Shown piece by piece: positions 1-10,228 of a DNA stretch of 63,526 nucleotides. Made by a program: the position numbers and the translations under genes. Origin of the DNA: Alphaproteobacteria bacterium. Its GTDB lineage: Bacteria > Pseudomonadota > Alphaproteobacteria > MPNO01 > UBA830. The notes below the pieces were generated by a model that saw only the letters and a program-made list of their open reading frames with translations, had not been told where the DNA came from and did not search any database. The DNA lies in NCBI GenBank assembly GCA_038106605.1, contig JAYOEF010000003.1, positions 1-63,526 of the forward strand. The letters run 5' to 3'. The stretch's first letter is position 1. The number at the start of each line of letters is the position of its first letter.

Positions 1-146
1 GTCCTGCAGGGCGGGACCTGGTCGGCCGGGCGGCGCGTCGCCGCGGCGGCGCGGCCGGGTGGGCCGCCGCCGATCGCTGTCGCCAGCGACGGCACGCTTT
101 TCTGACACTCCGTACGCCTTACCGAAAACCTCGAAGAGAGATCACG

Positions 147-803
147 ATGGAAGCGACCCCTATTGCAGGCACCGGACGACAGGTCGAGGTGGTCAACCAC
201 CCGCTGGTCCAGCACAAGCTGACGCTGATCCGCGACGTCACCACCGGCACCGCCCAGTTCCGCCAGCTCGTCCGCGAGATCAGCCTGCTGCTGGCCTACG
301 AGGTGTGCCGCGACCTCGAGGTCGCGACGATCGAGATCGACACGCCGCTCGAACGCATGAAGGCGCCGATCCTCGAGGGCAAGAAGCTCTGCGTCGTCTC
401 GATCCTGCGCGCGGGCAACGGGCTCCTCGACGGCATGCTCGACCTCGTTCCGTCCGCGCGCGTCGGCCATATAGGCCTCTATCGCGACCCCGAGACGAAG
501 GTGCCGGTCGAGTACTACCTGAAGCTTCCGGACCGGTTGGGCGAGCGCGTCTGCATCGTCGTCGATCCGATGCTGGCGACCGGCCGGTCGGCGTCCGCCG
601 CCGTCCACCGCATCAAGCAGGCGGGCGCGACGCGGATCAAGTTCGTCTGCGTCCTCGCCGCGCCGGAGGGCCTCGAGCGCTTCACCAAGGCGCACCCCGA
701 CGTGCCGGTGATCGCCGCGGCGATCGACCGCCAGCTCGACGAGCACGCCTATATCCGCCCCGGTCTCGGCGACGCGGGCGACCGGATGTTCGGAACGAAG
801 TAG
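147..803 (+). CDS. upp: uracil phosphoribosyltransferase
   Basis: 218-aa ORF. N-terminal [16 protein letters not shown] and PRPP-loop [15 protein letters not shown] motifs are typical of Upp. Confidence 0.95.
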   Translation: MEATPIAGTGRQVEVVNHPLVQHKLTLIRDVTTGTAQFRQLVREISLLLAYEVCRDLEVATIEIDTPLERMKAPILEGKKLCVVSILRAGNGLLDGMLDLVPSARVGHIGLYRDPETKVPVEYYLKLPDRLGERVCIVVDPMLATGRSASAAVHRIKQAGATRIKFVCVLAAPEGLERFTKAHPDVPVIAAAIDRQLDEHAYIRPGLGDAGDRMFGTK

Positions 804-831
804 GCGAGGATCGGCGCGCTAGCGCTTGCGG

Positions 832-885
832 GTATCAAGCCGCGGGTCGACCGCGGCCTGTATCAAGCCGCGGGTCGACCGCGGC
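832..885. repeat. tandem duplication of a 26-bp hairpin unit spanning a gene's stop codon
   Basis: GTATCAAGCCGCGGGTCGACCGCGGC occurs at 832-857 and again at 860-885 (period 28). Each copy carries a 7-bp stem GCCGCGG/CCGCGGC. It lies between convergent upp and the minus-strand GT remnant, and the second copy contains that ORF's TGA. Confidence 0.9.
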
Positions 886-1760
886 GGGCGAGAATGGCGC
901 GGAAAAGGTCGAGCTGGCCCTGCGTGGTCGCGTCCCAGCTGAAGCGTTCGGCGTAGAGGCGCGTGGCGTTGCGATCCGGCAGGTTCGCGAACAGCTCCTT
1001 CGCGGCCTCCGCGATGGCGATGCCCGAGCGCTCGCGCATTAGCCGCCCGGCCTCGGGCGCGGCAACCACCTCGGGCGTGCCCCAGACGTTCGATGCGACC
1101 ACGGGCGTGCCGCAGGCCATCGCCTCCAGCAGCACGTTCGCCCAGCCCTCTCTGCTCGAGGCCAGCACCAGGATGTCGGCGGCGCCGTAGAGATCGGGGA
1201 GCTCCTCGTGCGGGCGGCGGCCGAGGAACTGCACGCGGTCCGTCACACCCAACCGGTCGGCGAGCGCACGGAGCTTCGCCTCTTCCGGCCCCTCGCCCGC
1301 GATCAGCAGCGTGTGGCCCGGCAGGTGCGGCAGCGCATCGATGACGAGGTCGTGCGCCTTCCGCTCGATCAGGTGCCCGACGGAAATCAGCGTCGGTCCG
1401 TCGAGGCCGTAGCGCGCGCGAAGCGCGGCGCGGTCCTGCATGCGGAACATCTTCAGATCGACGCCGTTCCGGAGAACCGTGACGCGGTCCGCTTCGACGC
1501 CGAGCTCGACCATCTCGTCCTTGAGCGCCTGGCAGACGGTGATCATTCCGTCGGCGCGAGCGGCGGTCCACAGGATCTGGCGGCGGGGGAGCGCATGGCG
1601 CGGGATCAGGTTGATTTCTGTGCCGCGCGCGGTGACCGTGAACGGCTTCCCAAGCCGGCGCGCGATCAGCGCCGCGGCGACGCCGTCGGGATAGAAATAG
1701 TGCGCGTCGATCAGGTCGAAATCGTAGCCCGAGGCCAGCAGGCGGCGGACGGCAGGCCCC
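863..1760 (-). pseudogene. GT4/GT1-type glycosyltransferase remnant lacking its N-terminus (EPS-locus GT)
   Basis: The translation starts making sense only at AVRRLLASGYDFDLIDAHYFYPDG (mid N-domain of a GT-B enzyme). It then runs through a complete C-domain (RVTVLRNGVDLKMF ... EGWANVLLEAMACGTPVVAS). The upstream part of the 517-aa ORF is Arg/Pro-rich out-of-frame read-through. Confidence 0.7.
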
Positions 1761-2253
1761 AGGTGTCGCGCGCGATGCGCAGCAGGTTGAGCGAGGGCAC
1801 GACGACATGCTTCGTGCGCGCGAGCGCGACGCGGCGCAGCAGCACGCGGCGTCTGAGCTGGCGGGTCGCCTCCTCCGGCCCGAAGCCGCTTTCCATATGA
1901 AGATGCGGGATGCCGGCGAACAGGCGGTTCACCAGCGCCCACTCGATCGAGCCCCAGTTGTAGGTGACGAGCATGTCGGGGGCGAGGCCGCGCAGGTGGC
2001 CGCGGATGCGGCAGAACGTGTCGGCGCTGCGGCCCTTGGCGAGGTTGAGCGGCAGGCGGGTGACGTCGGCGGCCGCATAGACCCGTTCGATGCAGTCGAA
2101 CCGGTCGTTCATCGCCGCGATGGTGTGGCGGTAGCGGTCGGGGAAACGATTGATCACCGACGAGATGCGGAGCTGGACGCCGCCGACGTCGAAGCCCGGG
2201 AAGACATGGAGGATGTGCCGCTTCGCGCCGGTCATCGGCGACACTCCCGGCAA
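1711..2253 (-). pseudogene. N-terminal domain remnant of a second glycosyltransferase (PEP-CTERM/EpsH1-associated sugar-transferase-like)
   Basis: KRHILHVFPGFDVGGVQLRISSVINRFPDRYRH ... MLVTYNWGSIEWAL ... HVVVPSLNLLRIARDTWGLP resembles the first ~170 aa of a GT4. The frame then breaks at about 1750 and runs out-of-frame into the next GT remnant. Confidence 0.65.
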
Positions 2254-2342
2254 GTCCGAGCGCCGCGCGCCGAAAGGGGAGGCAGCGGAGCGCGAATATG
2301 ATATGTGTCGGGACCTTGGCGTACCCGAGACGAAACGGCGAC

Positions 2343-3356
2343 ATGCTCGATCCGGCAGACTGGAGCCCGGCCGACACCGGCACGGGCGAACCGCTCCTCC
2401 TGGTGACGGTGGACACGGAGGAAGAGTTCCCCTGGTCCGAGCCGGTTTCGCGCGCCTACACCTCGACGCGAGCGATCACGGCGCAGGCGCGCGCGCACCG
2501 CATCTTCGAGAAATACGGCATCCGCCCGACCTACGTGATCGACTTTCCGGTCGCCAGTCAGGACACTGGCTACGGGCCGCTCAAGGAGCTCTACGACGGC
2601 GGGCTGTGCAGCATCGGCACCCACCTGCACCCGTGGGTGAACCCGCCGTTCGACGAGGAGGTGTGCAACCGCAACTCCTATCCCGGAAACCTGCCGCGCG
2701 ACATGGAACGCGCCAAGCTCGACCGGCTGACCCGCGAGGTCGAGGACCGCTTCGGCTTCCGCCCGACGATCTACAAGGCCGGCCGCTACGGCGTCGGCGC
2801 CAACACGGCGGCGATCCTGGCCGAGCTCGGATATGCCATCGACACCAGCGTGGTGCCGCGCACGGATTTCCGCATCGACGAGGGGCCGGACTTCCGCCAC
2901 TGCGGCGGCAAGCCCTACTGGTTCGGAAAGGGGGAAGCGAAGATTCTCGAGATCCCGCTCTCGGTCGACTTCACCGGCGTTCTCGCGGGGCTCGGCTGGG
3001 ACGGGTGGAACCGCGTGAATTCGCCCCTGGGCCGGCGTCTGAAACTGACGGCGCTCAGCTCGCGGATGCGCATCCTCGACCGCGTGATCCTGACGCCCGA
3101 GGGCATCACCCACACGGAACACCGGCGCCTGACGCGGGCTATGCTGAGGTCCGGACATCGCGTTTTTAGTTTTACTTATCACAGCCCCTCGCTGGAGCCG
3201 GGATGCACGCCCTATGTCTCCAGCGACCGGGACCTCGGCGTGTTCCTCGACCGCCTCGACCGCTATTTCAACTGGTTCGTCAACGAACTCGGCGGGCGGC
3301 CCGCCACGCCGTACGAGATCCTCGACCTCGCACGCGGACAGGTCACCCGCCCCTGA
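2343..3356 (+). CDS. polysaccharide deacetylase-like protein (WalW-like)
   Basis: LLVTVDTEEEFPW and GTHLHPW motifs in a ~337-aa protein, measured from the ATG at 2343. It is divergent from the GT remnants. Confidence 0.65.
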   Translation: MLDPADWSPADTGTGEPLLLVTVDTEEEFPWSEPVSRAYTSTRAITAQARAHRIFEKYGIRPTYVIDFPVASQDTGYGPLKELYDGGLCSIGTHLHPWVNPPFDEEVCNRNSYPGNLPRDMERAKLDRLTREVEDRFGFRPTIYKAGRYGVGANTAAILAELGYAIDTSVVPRTDFRIDEGPDFRHCGGKPYWFGKGEAKILEIPLSVDFTGVLAGLGWDGWNRVNSPLGRRLKLTALSSRMRILDRVILTPEGITHTEHRRLTRAMLRSGHRVFSFTYHSPSLEPGCTPYVSSDRDLGVFLDRLDRYFNWFVNELGGRPATPYEILDLARGQVTRP

Positions 3357-3359
3357 GCG

Positions 3360-6170
3360 TCAGCCCCCGAGTTGATTGAGCAGCGCTTTCGCCTTATCAA
3401 CCGCCTCGAACTTCACGCCCGACTTGAGAAGGTCGCCGACCACCCTCTTCGCTTCGGCGTTCTGGCCCGTCTTCTGCAACGCGACCGCATAGTGGTACTG
3501 GATGTCGCCCTGCTTGGGCGCGAGGTCGTGCGCCTCCTTCAGGAGCGCGGCACCCCGCTTCGCATCGACGCCCATGTCGACGAGGATCCAGCCGAGCGTA
3601 TCGATCACCGCTGCCGACTTGGGCGCGCTCTTGTGCGCGCGCTCGGCGTAGTCGACCGCCCGCTTTTCGCCCTTCTGCTGGTAGAGCCATGCGAGGTTGT
3701 TGAGGAGAACGGGGTTCTCCTTCTCGTTGGCGAGCAGCTTTTCGGACTCGCGGATCGCTTCGTCGTTCTTGCCGGCGGAGAGATAGGCGCTCGCCAGCAC
3801 ATGACGGACGCTGCGGTCGTCCTTCTTGTCGACCCAGGTCTGCAGCTCCTTCATCGCCGCGTCGGCCTTGCCCATCTGGCGCTGCGCGTTGAAGCGCCGG
3901 ATCGCGAGGGTTCCGATGTCGGACTTCGCCATCGCCTTGCCGTAGACGTCGGCCGCTTCAGCGTACTTCTGCTGGCGCATCAGCACGTCGCCGGTCAGCA
4001 GCTCGCCGTAGTGCGAGTCGGGCTGCGACTTGCCGAGATCGGCGGCGAGCCTGAGCGCCTCGTCGTACTTCTTCTCGGCCGATTCCAGCTCGATCAGCGC
4101 GATCTTCGCCGGCAGGTACTTGTCGTCGATCGCGATCGCGTCGGTGAGCGTGCGCCGCGCCGAATCCGGATCCTTGGCGGCGATCTGCGCACCGGCCACG
4201 AGACCGAGCACGGCCGCGGATTTCGGATTGAGCGCCGCGAGCCGCTTGTAGGTCTGGACCGCCGCGATCGGATCTCCCGCCGCCGCCTGCGACCGGCCGA
4301 GCGCCTCAAGGACGCGCGGATTGTCGGGCTGGGCGTTGGAGAGGTCGCGAGCAACCGAAACCGCCTTCTGGAACTCACGGTTCCGGCCGTAGAACTGGAT
4401 CAGCCGGAGGCTCGGCGTCAGCGACGTCGGGTTCGCTTCAGCCGCGCGCTTGAGCCACGAGACGACCTCGTCGCCCTTCTCCTCCTGCGCGGCGATGTTG
4501 GCGAGCGCGAGCATCGCGCCTATGTGCTTCGAATCCTTCTCCAGGATCGTCTGGTATTCCTTGCGCGCTTCGTCGACCCGCTTCTCCTGCAGGTCGAGCT
4601 GGGCGAGGTTCATCCGCGCGGGATGGAAGTCCGGCTTCGCCTTGAGCGCCGCCTCGAAGGTGGCGCGCGCCGCCTTCGTGTCGCCCTTGCCGAGCTGCGC
4701 CGCACCGATGAGGTTGTCGGCGAGCGGGTTGTCGGGCGAAGTTTCCTTGAGCTTTTTCGCCGCCTCCAGGGCGCCGTCGAAATCGCGCTTCCGCAGCTTC
4801 ACGAGCGCCAGCAGCACGGTGGCCTGGCGGGCCTCGGGATCGAGGTTGACAGCGGATTCGAGCTGGCCGACGGCAGCGTCCGCCTCACCCAGCGCGAGGT
4901 TGCCGAGCGCCTGCTGCATCTTGATGTAGGCGACATCGGGCGCGGCCTCGGAGGCGCGGCTGAAATAGGCCGTGCCCTCGTTGAACTTGCCGGTCTGCAT
5001 GTAGGCGCTGCCGAGGAGCGTCAGGAGCTGGGCGTCCTTGGTGTCTTCCTTGACCAGCTGTTCGAGGATCTTGATCGCGCGCTCGGGCTCGCGCTTGCGG
5101 ACCAGCGTGGCGCCGAGAAGCTTCCGCGCCCGCTCGTTCGACGGCACCGCCGCGACGTAGCGCTCGAGGTTTGCAACCGCCTGCTCGTACTGGTTCAGCG
5201 CGTAGTTGATGGCGCCGCGCAGGAACACGCTCGGCATGTGATTGTCGAGGAAGTTGCCCGCCTGCTGCAGGGTTTCCTGCGCCGCGACGTAATCCTTCTT
5301 CTTCGACAGCGTGAGCGCCTGCAGGTAGGAGGCGAGCGGATGCTTGGGCACGCGCCGGAACACGGCATCCAGGTCGCCCTGCGCCTCGGCGTCCTTGCCG
5401 AGGTCAATCAGCGACGCGGCGCGGCCGAGAAGGGCAAGGAGGTTGCCCTCGTTGACCTTGATCGCGCGCTCGAACTGCTGGATCGCGCCCGGCAGGTCCT
5501 TGTTGAGGCGGCGGAGCTCGCCCTTGAGCACGAGGGCTTCCGGCGAATCGGGGTTGCGCTTGAGCGCGTCGTCGATCTCCGCTTCGCCTTCGGCGACCTT
5601 GCCCTGGCTGACGAACGACTGGGCGAGACCGATCTTGGCGCGCACATCATCGGGCTTCAGCTTGTCCGCCTCGCGCAGCATCTCGCGCGCCTTGTCGAAC
5701 TCGCGGAGACCGAGCAGCGCCTGGCCGCGCACGATCAGCGCATCGGGCCGCAGCTCCGGCTCGGTGACGTCGGCCGGCAGCTCGTCGATCGCTTCCTTGT
5801 TCTTGCCCTGGAGGAGATAGGCGCGGGCGAGCAGAATCTTGATCCGCGTGTCCTTGGCGCCGCGCCGGATGGCGGCCTGGAATTCCTTTTCCGCCGACGG
5901 ACCGTTGCCGACGCGGAGGTAGATCTCGCCGAGGAGCTGGCGCGCGGCGACGTTGCCGGGATCGGCCTGCAGCGCGTTCTTCAGCTGGATGACCGCGGCG
6001 TTGCCGTCGCCCTTCTTGATGAAGGCGCGGGCTTCGCGGAGGTATTTCTCCGACTTCTCCTTGTCGACCGACGCGGCGTGCGCGGGTACCGGCGCCGCCA
6101 GGTGCAGCCACGCGAGACCGAGAGCGATCGCGGTGCCTTTCATGAGCCTGCCGGCCATAATCTGGTTCAT
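3360..6170 (-). CDS. prsT: PEP-CTERM system TPR-repeat lipoprotein
   Basis: 936 aa with an N-terminal signal peptide and wall-to-wall TPR repeats. It sits immediately downstream of prsK-prsR, the canonical arrangement. Confidence 0.85.
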   Translation of the reverse strand: MNQIMAGRLMKGTAIALGLAWLHLAAPVPAHAASVDKEKSEKYLREARAFIKKGDGNAAVIQLKNALQADPGNVAARQLLGEIYLRVGNGPSAEKEFQAAIRRGAKDTRIKILLARAYLLQGKNKEAIDELPADVTEPELRPDALIVRGQALLGLREFDKAREMLREADKLKPDDVRAKIGLAQSFVSQGKVAEGEAEIDDALKRNPDSPEALVLKGELRRLNKDLPGAIQQFERAIKVNEGNLLALLGRAASLIDLGKDAEAQGDLDAVFRRVPKHPLASYLQALTLSKKKDYVAAQETLQQAGNFLDNHMPSVFLRGAINYALNQYEQAVANLERYVAAVPSNERARKLLGATLVRKREPERAIKILEQLVKEDTKDAQLLTLLGSAYMQTGKFNEGTAYFSRASEAAPDVAYIKMQQALGNLALGEADAAVGQLESAVNLDPEARQATVLLALVKLRKRDFDGALEAAKKLKETSPDNPLADNLIGAAQLGKGDTKAARATFEAALKAKPDFHPARMNLAQLDLQEKRVDEARKEYQTILEKDSKHIGAMLALANIAAQEEKGDEVVSWLKRAAEANPTSLTPSLRLIQFYGRNREFQKAVSVARDLSNAQPDNPRVLEALGRSQAAAGDPIAAVQTYKRLAALNPKSAAVLGLVAGAQIAAKDPDSARRTLTDAIAIDDKYLPAKIALIELESAEKKYDEALRLAADLGKSQPDSHYGELLTGDVLMRQQKYAEAADVYGKAMAKSDIGTLAIRRFNAQRQMGKADAAMKELQTWVDKKDDRSVRHVLASAYLSAGKNDEAIRESEKLLANEKENPVLLNNLAWLYQQKGEKRAVDYAERAHKSAPKSAAVIDTLGWILVDMGVDAKRGAALLKEAHDLAPKQGDIQYHYAVALQKTGQNAEAKRVVGDLLKSGVKFEAVDKAKALLNQLGG

Positions 6171-6249
6171 TCAGGCCTCTCCCTCTGTTCCCGGTCTTGC
6201 CCGGACCGGGCGACTGTAGTGCGGTGTGCCTGTCGATAGCGCCTACAGG

Positions 6250-7608
6250 TTAATCCACCTTGAATCCATGCTGCTTCATCAGGTCGTAAAGCGTCGGGCG
6301 GCTGATGCCGAGCAGTTTGGCGGCCTGGGTGATGTTTCCCTCGGCCCTTGAAAGAGCACGTGGGATCTCCCGTCTTTCCGCCTCTTCCCGCGCCTTCGCG
6401 AGATTGAGGATCTCGGCTTCCCCGTCGACGTCCTCGAGATCGAGGTCTTCGGGCGTGATCCGGTTGCCCTCGGCCATTATGAGCGCGCGTTTCACGCGGT
6501 TTTCCAGCTCGCGCACGTTGCCCGGCCATTCGTAGCCCGAGATCGACGCCAGAGCCTCGCGCGTGTAGCCGCGCACCGACTTGCCCTGCTCCTCGGCGAA
6601 TTTCTGCAGGAACGACTGGGCGAGGAGCTCGGCATCGCCGATACGCTCGCGCAGCGGCGGAATGTTGATCACCATTTCGCTGAGCCGGTAGTAGAGGTCC
6701 CCGCGGAACGTTCCGGCGGCGATCATCTCGTCGAGCTTCTGGTTGGTCGCGCAGATCACGCGGACGTCGACCGCGATCGCCTGGCGGCCGCCGATGCGCT
6801 CGAACGTGCGCTCCTGCAGGAAGCGAAGCAGTTTCGCCTGGATCGCCGACGGCATGTCGCCGACCTCGTCGAGGAAGAGCGTTCCGGAATCGGCAAGCTC
6901 GACCTTGCCCTTCTGCTGGCGGACGGCGCCGGTGAACGAGCCCTTCTCGTGGCCGAACAGCTCGCTTTCGAGAAGATTCTCGGGGATCGCCGCGCAGTTG
7001 ATCGCGGCGAACGGCTTGCCGGCGCGCGGGCTGAGGTCGTGGATCGCCCGCGCGAACACTTCCTTGCCGGTGCCGCTCTCGCCGAGCAGCATCGTGGTGA
7101 CGTTGGTCGGCGCGACCTTCTCCACCAGACGGCAGATCTTGAGCATCTCCGGATCCGCGCAGATCACGCCGTTGAGCGCGACGTTGTCGCTGCGCTGGGC
7201 GAGGCGCCGGTTCTCCTGCTCGAGGTCGTAGAGGTGGAGGGCCCGCTGGATGATGTGGCCGAGTTCCTCGGACACGATCGGCTTGCGGTAGAAATCGTAG
7301 GCCCCGAGCGCGATCGCCTTGAGCGCGTTCTCGTGGTCCTCGTTGCCGGTCACCACGATGACCTTGGTCTCGGGCGCGAGCTTGAGAATGGCCTCGACGG
7401 TCGCGAGACCCTCGGTGGCGCCGTCCGGATCGGGCGGCAGGCCGAGATCGACGGTGACCACCGCCGGCGTCTCCGACCGGAACTGGGCGACGGCCTCGTC
7501 GCGGTCTCCGGCGACGGAGACGTCGTAGTCGTCGAAGCTCCAGCGCAGCTGGCGCTGGATGCCGGTATCGTCGTCGACGATCAGGAGTTTCCGTTTGCTC
7601 TCGCTCAT
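6250..7608 (-). CDS. prsR: PEP-CTERM-box sigma-54-dependent response regulator
   Basis: REC domain (LLIVDDD ... DLGLPPD), AAA+ sigma-54 interaction domain (GESGTGKE, ESELFGHEKGSFTGA) and a C-terminal Fis-type HTH. There is a 4-nt overlap with prsK. Confidence 0.9.
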   Translation of the reverse strand: MSESKRKLLIVDDDTGIQRQLRWSFDDYDVSVAGDRDEAVAQFRSETPAVVTVDLGLPPDPDGATEGLATVEAILKLAPETKVIVVTGNEDHENALKAIALGAYDFYRKPIVSEELGHIIQRALHLYDLEQENRRLAQRSDNVALNGVICADPEMLKICRLVEKVAPTNVTTMLLGESGTGKEVFARAIHDLSPRAGKPFAAINCAAIPENLLESELFGHEKGSFTGAVRQQKGKVELADSGTLFLDEVGDMPSAIQAKLLRFLQERTFERIGGRQAIAVDVRVICATNQKLDEMIAAGTFRGDLYYRLSEMVINIPPLRERIGDAELLAQSFLQKFAEEQGKSVRGYTREALASISGYEWPGNVRELENRVKRALIMAEGNRITPEDLDLEDVDGEAEILNLAKAREEAERREIPRALSRAEGNITQAAKLLGISRPTLYDLMKQHGFKVD

Positions 7609-8915
7609 TTCACCGCTGCGTCGCTCGTCGCTTTTTCCGTCATCCCGATCGCCGGAAGACGGATCGTCACCGTCGTCCCGACCCCCGGCTCGCTCTGCAC
7701 TTCCAGCCGCCCGCCCTGCTCGCGGACGTATTCGCGGCTCTCGAAGGCGCCGATCCCGTATCCGCCGCCCTTCGAGCTGCGGAACGGCTTGAACAGCTCG
7801 TCGCGGACGAAATCCGCGTCCATGCCGCTGCCGTTGTCCTCGACTTCGATGACCGCCTCCCGTCCGCGCGAGACGAGCCGCACCTGCACCGTGCCGTCGT
7901 CGCCAAGCGCGTCGAGCGCGTTGTCGATCACGTGCGCCATGACCGCGCCCAGCCGTTCCTCGTCGATCACGACCGCGATCCCGTCCGCGGCGCTCGCGAA
8001 GTGCAAGCGCCCGTTCGACCGGGCGTTCCGTTCGACAATCTTCCGAAGAAAACGCGAAAGGTCGATAGCCGCGGAGGCCGCCGCTTTCTTTCCGCCCTCG
8101 TGCAATCGTACCAGATGATTGTTCATTTTTTCCACCGATTCACTGACGGTGCGAAGCATATCTCCCTGGAACTCGGGGTTGTTCTTGTGCTTCTCGGCAT
8201 TCTTGACCATGAGCGACAGCTGGCTCACCAGGTTCTTGATGTCGTGGAGCACGAAGGCGAAACGCTTGTTGAACTCGTCGAACTGGCGGGCCTCGACGAG
8301 GGCGCGGGCGGACTCCTGCTCGGCGAGGTAGCTCGCCGTCTGGCGCCCAACCGTCTTCAGGAGGTCGTAGTCCTCCCAGTTGAGCTCGCGCAGCACGCGC
8401 GGCTGTCCAAGCATCAGGATGCCGAGAAGCTGGTCGTGGTGCAGCAGCGGCACCACCAGCCATGCGCGCGGCGGGTCGCGCGTATCGCGCAGCCAGTCCG
8501 GGATGACGAGATCCTCGTAGACGTGGGGTTTGTCCCGGTACTCGTCGAGATTGATGACCCACTGCTGTTCCTCGAGGAACTGGACGAAACGCGGATCGGC
8601 GGTCTGGGTGCCCTCGACGACCCGGCTGTTCCAGGACGTCAGCAGGTCGAACTCGCCGTTCTGGCGGTACATCCAGAGCGTCCCCTCGGGGCTCTCGACG
8701 ATGTCGGCGAGGCCCTTGACCACGCGTTTGGAGAGCGCGCGCCCCGACGCGACGGAGGAAATGGTGCCGATCAGCCGCAGCCATTCGTGGCGGTAGTCGT
8801 AGCGGTAGGTGAAGAAGTACTTGTTGATGATGACCTTGAGCCACGCACGGAAGCTGCCCGAGAACAGCGTGAGCACGAGGAGGATCAGCGCCGCGAACAG
8901 GAACACGACCTGCAT
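7605..8915 (-). pseudogene. prsK: PrsK-type histidine kinase lacking its multi-TM sensor region
   Basis: From the internal ATG (MQVVFLFAALILLVLTLF) one last TM helix remains, followed by the YDYRHEWLRL linker, a GAF-like region, HisKA (FAFVLHDIKN) and HATPase (DNGSGMD, GGYGIGA). ORF sequence upstream of 8915 belongs to a different gene read out of frame. Confidence 0.75.
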
Positions 8916-9154
8916 CGCCGGGCCCCACTCGCCACCTCGTGCCCGTCGTCGGCGATGCAGCGGATCAGCTGCGGATAGCGCTCCGCCACCCAGCCGAGCG
9001 TAAAGAAGGTGGCCTTGGCACCCGCTTCCGCGAAGAGGTCGAGCACGCGCCCGGTGTTCTGCTCGACGCGGCACGGCAGCGAATCCCAGTCGTCGCGCGA
9101 GATGGTCTTCGCGAACGCCGAGACCTGGAAATAGTCCTCGACGTCGACCGACAT
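8885..9154 (-). pseudogene. N-terminal fragment of an XrtA-locus polysaccharide deacetylase
   Basis: MSVDVEDYFQVSAFAKTISRDDWDSLPCRVEQNTGRVLDLFAEAGAKATFFTLGWVAERYPQLIRCIADDGHEVAS then switches to nonsense (GARRCRSCSCSRR*). The expected SHG..H continuation is missing. Confidence 0.75.
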
Positions 9155-9209
9155 CGCGTTGACGACGCTACCCGCCACGGCGGGTTTCGTTTTGGATGCC
9201 GCGGTCACG

Positions 9210-10145
9210 TCAGCGGGCGCCCCGGAGCGTGGCGACGCGCCTCTGCAGGTCGGCCAGGGATTCGCGCATGCCGGGCGCGAGGTCGTCGAGCAGCAGGTTG
9301 CCGCCGGGCGGCGGCACCGGCCGGGCGGACGCACCGGCTTCCTCGGCGATCTCGCGAGCGACGTCCTGGACGACATGCTCGTCGATGACGTGCGTGTCCT
9401 CGAGCGATCCGTAGAGCAGCAGGCGGCCGCACAGGGCGTTGATGCGCCGCGGTACGCCCTCGGTCACCGTGTGGATGTAGTCGAACGCGCTCTCGGTGAA
9501 TTCGGGATCGCCGGTCCAGCCGACGAGCTGCAGGCGGTGCTCGATGTAGCCGCGCGTCTCGTCGGGGCCGAGCGGCTCGAGATGGCAGGTCGCGATCACG
9601 CGCTGGCGGATCTGCTCCATCTCCGGGCGCGCTAGCTTCTCGCGGAACTCCGGCTGGCCGAGCAGGAAGCACTGCACCAGCGGCCGGTTGTCCATCTGGA
9701 AGTTGGACAGCATGCGCAGTTCTTCGATCGCCTCGAACGGCATGTTCTGCACTTCGTCGATGACGAGGACTACGTGCTTGCCCTCGACCCGGCGCGCGAT
9801 CAGGAAATTCTCGATGTCCTTGAGGATCGAGGCCTTGTCGCGCTGCTCGACCGACAGGCCGAAGGCCCGCACAACCATGCGCAGCGTGTCGTCCGAGCCG
9901 AGCTGGGTAGTGACGATGTTCGCCGAGACGAACTTGCTCTGGTCGATCTGGCTCAGCAGGTGCCCGACGATCGTCGTCTTGCCCGCGCCGACATGGCCGG
10001 TGATGACGATGAAGCCGTCGCGCTCGTTGAGGCCGTACGTCAGGTATGCCATCGCCTTCTTGTGCCCCAGGCTCGGAAAGTAGAACCGGTGGTCGGGGCT
10101 AAGCTGAAATGGGCGCCCCCGAAGCTTGTAGTGCGACGCGTACAT
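9210..10145 (-). CDS. XrtA/PEP-CTERM system-associated AAA ATPase (ExeA-like)
   Basis: MYASHYKLRGRPFQLSPDHRFYF start, Walker A GHVGAGKT and Walker B VVLVIDEVQ. It lies downstream of the locus beta-barrel gene. Confidence 0.85.
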   Translation of the reverse strand: MYASHYKLRGRPFQLSPDHRFYFPSLGHKKAMAYLTYGLNERDGFIVITGHVGAGKTTIVGHLLSQIDQSKFVSANIVTTQLGSDDTLRMVVRAFGLSVEQRDKASILKDIENFLIARRVEGKHVVLVIDEVQNMPFEAIEELRMLSNFQMDNRPLVQCFLLGQPEFREKLARPEMEQIRQRVIATCHLEPLGPDETRGYIEHRLQLVGWTGDPEFTESAFDYIHTVTEGVPRRINALCGRLLLYGSLEDTHVIDEHVVQDVAREIAEEAGASARPVPPPGGNLLLDDLAPGMRESLADLQRRVATLRGAR

Positions 10146-10228
10146 GACCTGACACTCAGAAGGTGCGGTTAAGGCTCAGTATAACGGTATTACTGTTGAA
10201 ATTCTTAGTCCCTTCTGTGGACTGGGTT

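Noticed and set aside
3372-6239. A 955-aa plus-strand ORF lies antisense to prsT. Similar very long antisense or off-frame ORFs occur elsewhere, for example 15493-17637, 17060-18715, 20258-21637, 34326-35855, 52420-53862 and 58144-60432.
   Set aside because: Their translations are low-complexity and Arg/Ala/Gly/Pro/Asp-rich, with no recognisable motifs. Each overlaps a gene on another frame or strand that has clear family signatures. Such open frames are expected in DNA this GC-rich.
9014-9032. The TGGCAC-containing sequence TTGGCACCCGCTTCCGC could be a sigma-54 -24/-12 promoter for the PrsR regulon.
   Set aside because: The -12 element does not match TTGC/GC at the required spacing. The site also lies inside, and antisense to, the deacetylase remnant. 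Other TGGCAC occurrences (10990, 37321, 41520) fail the spacing test too.
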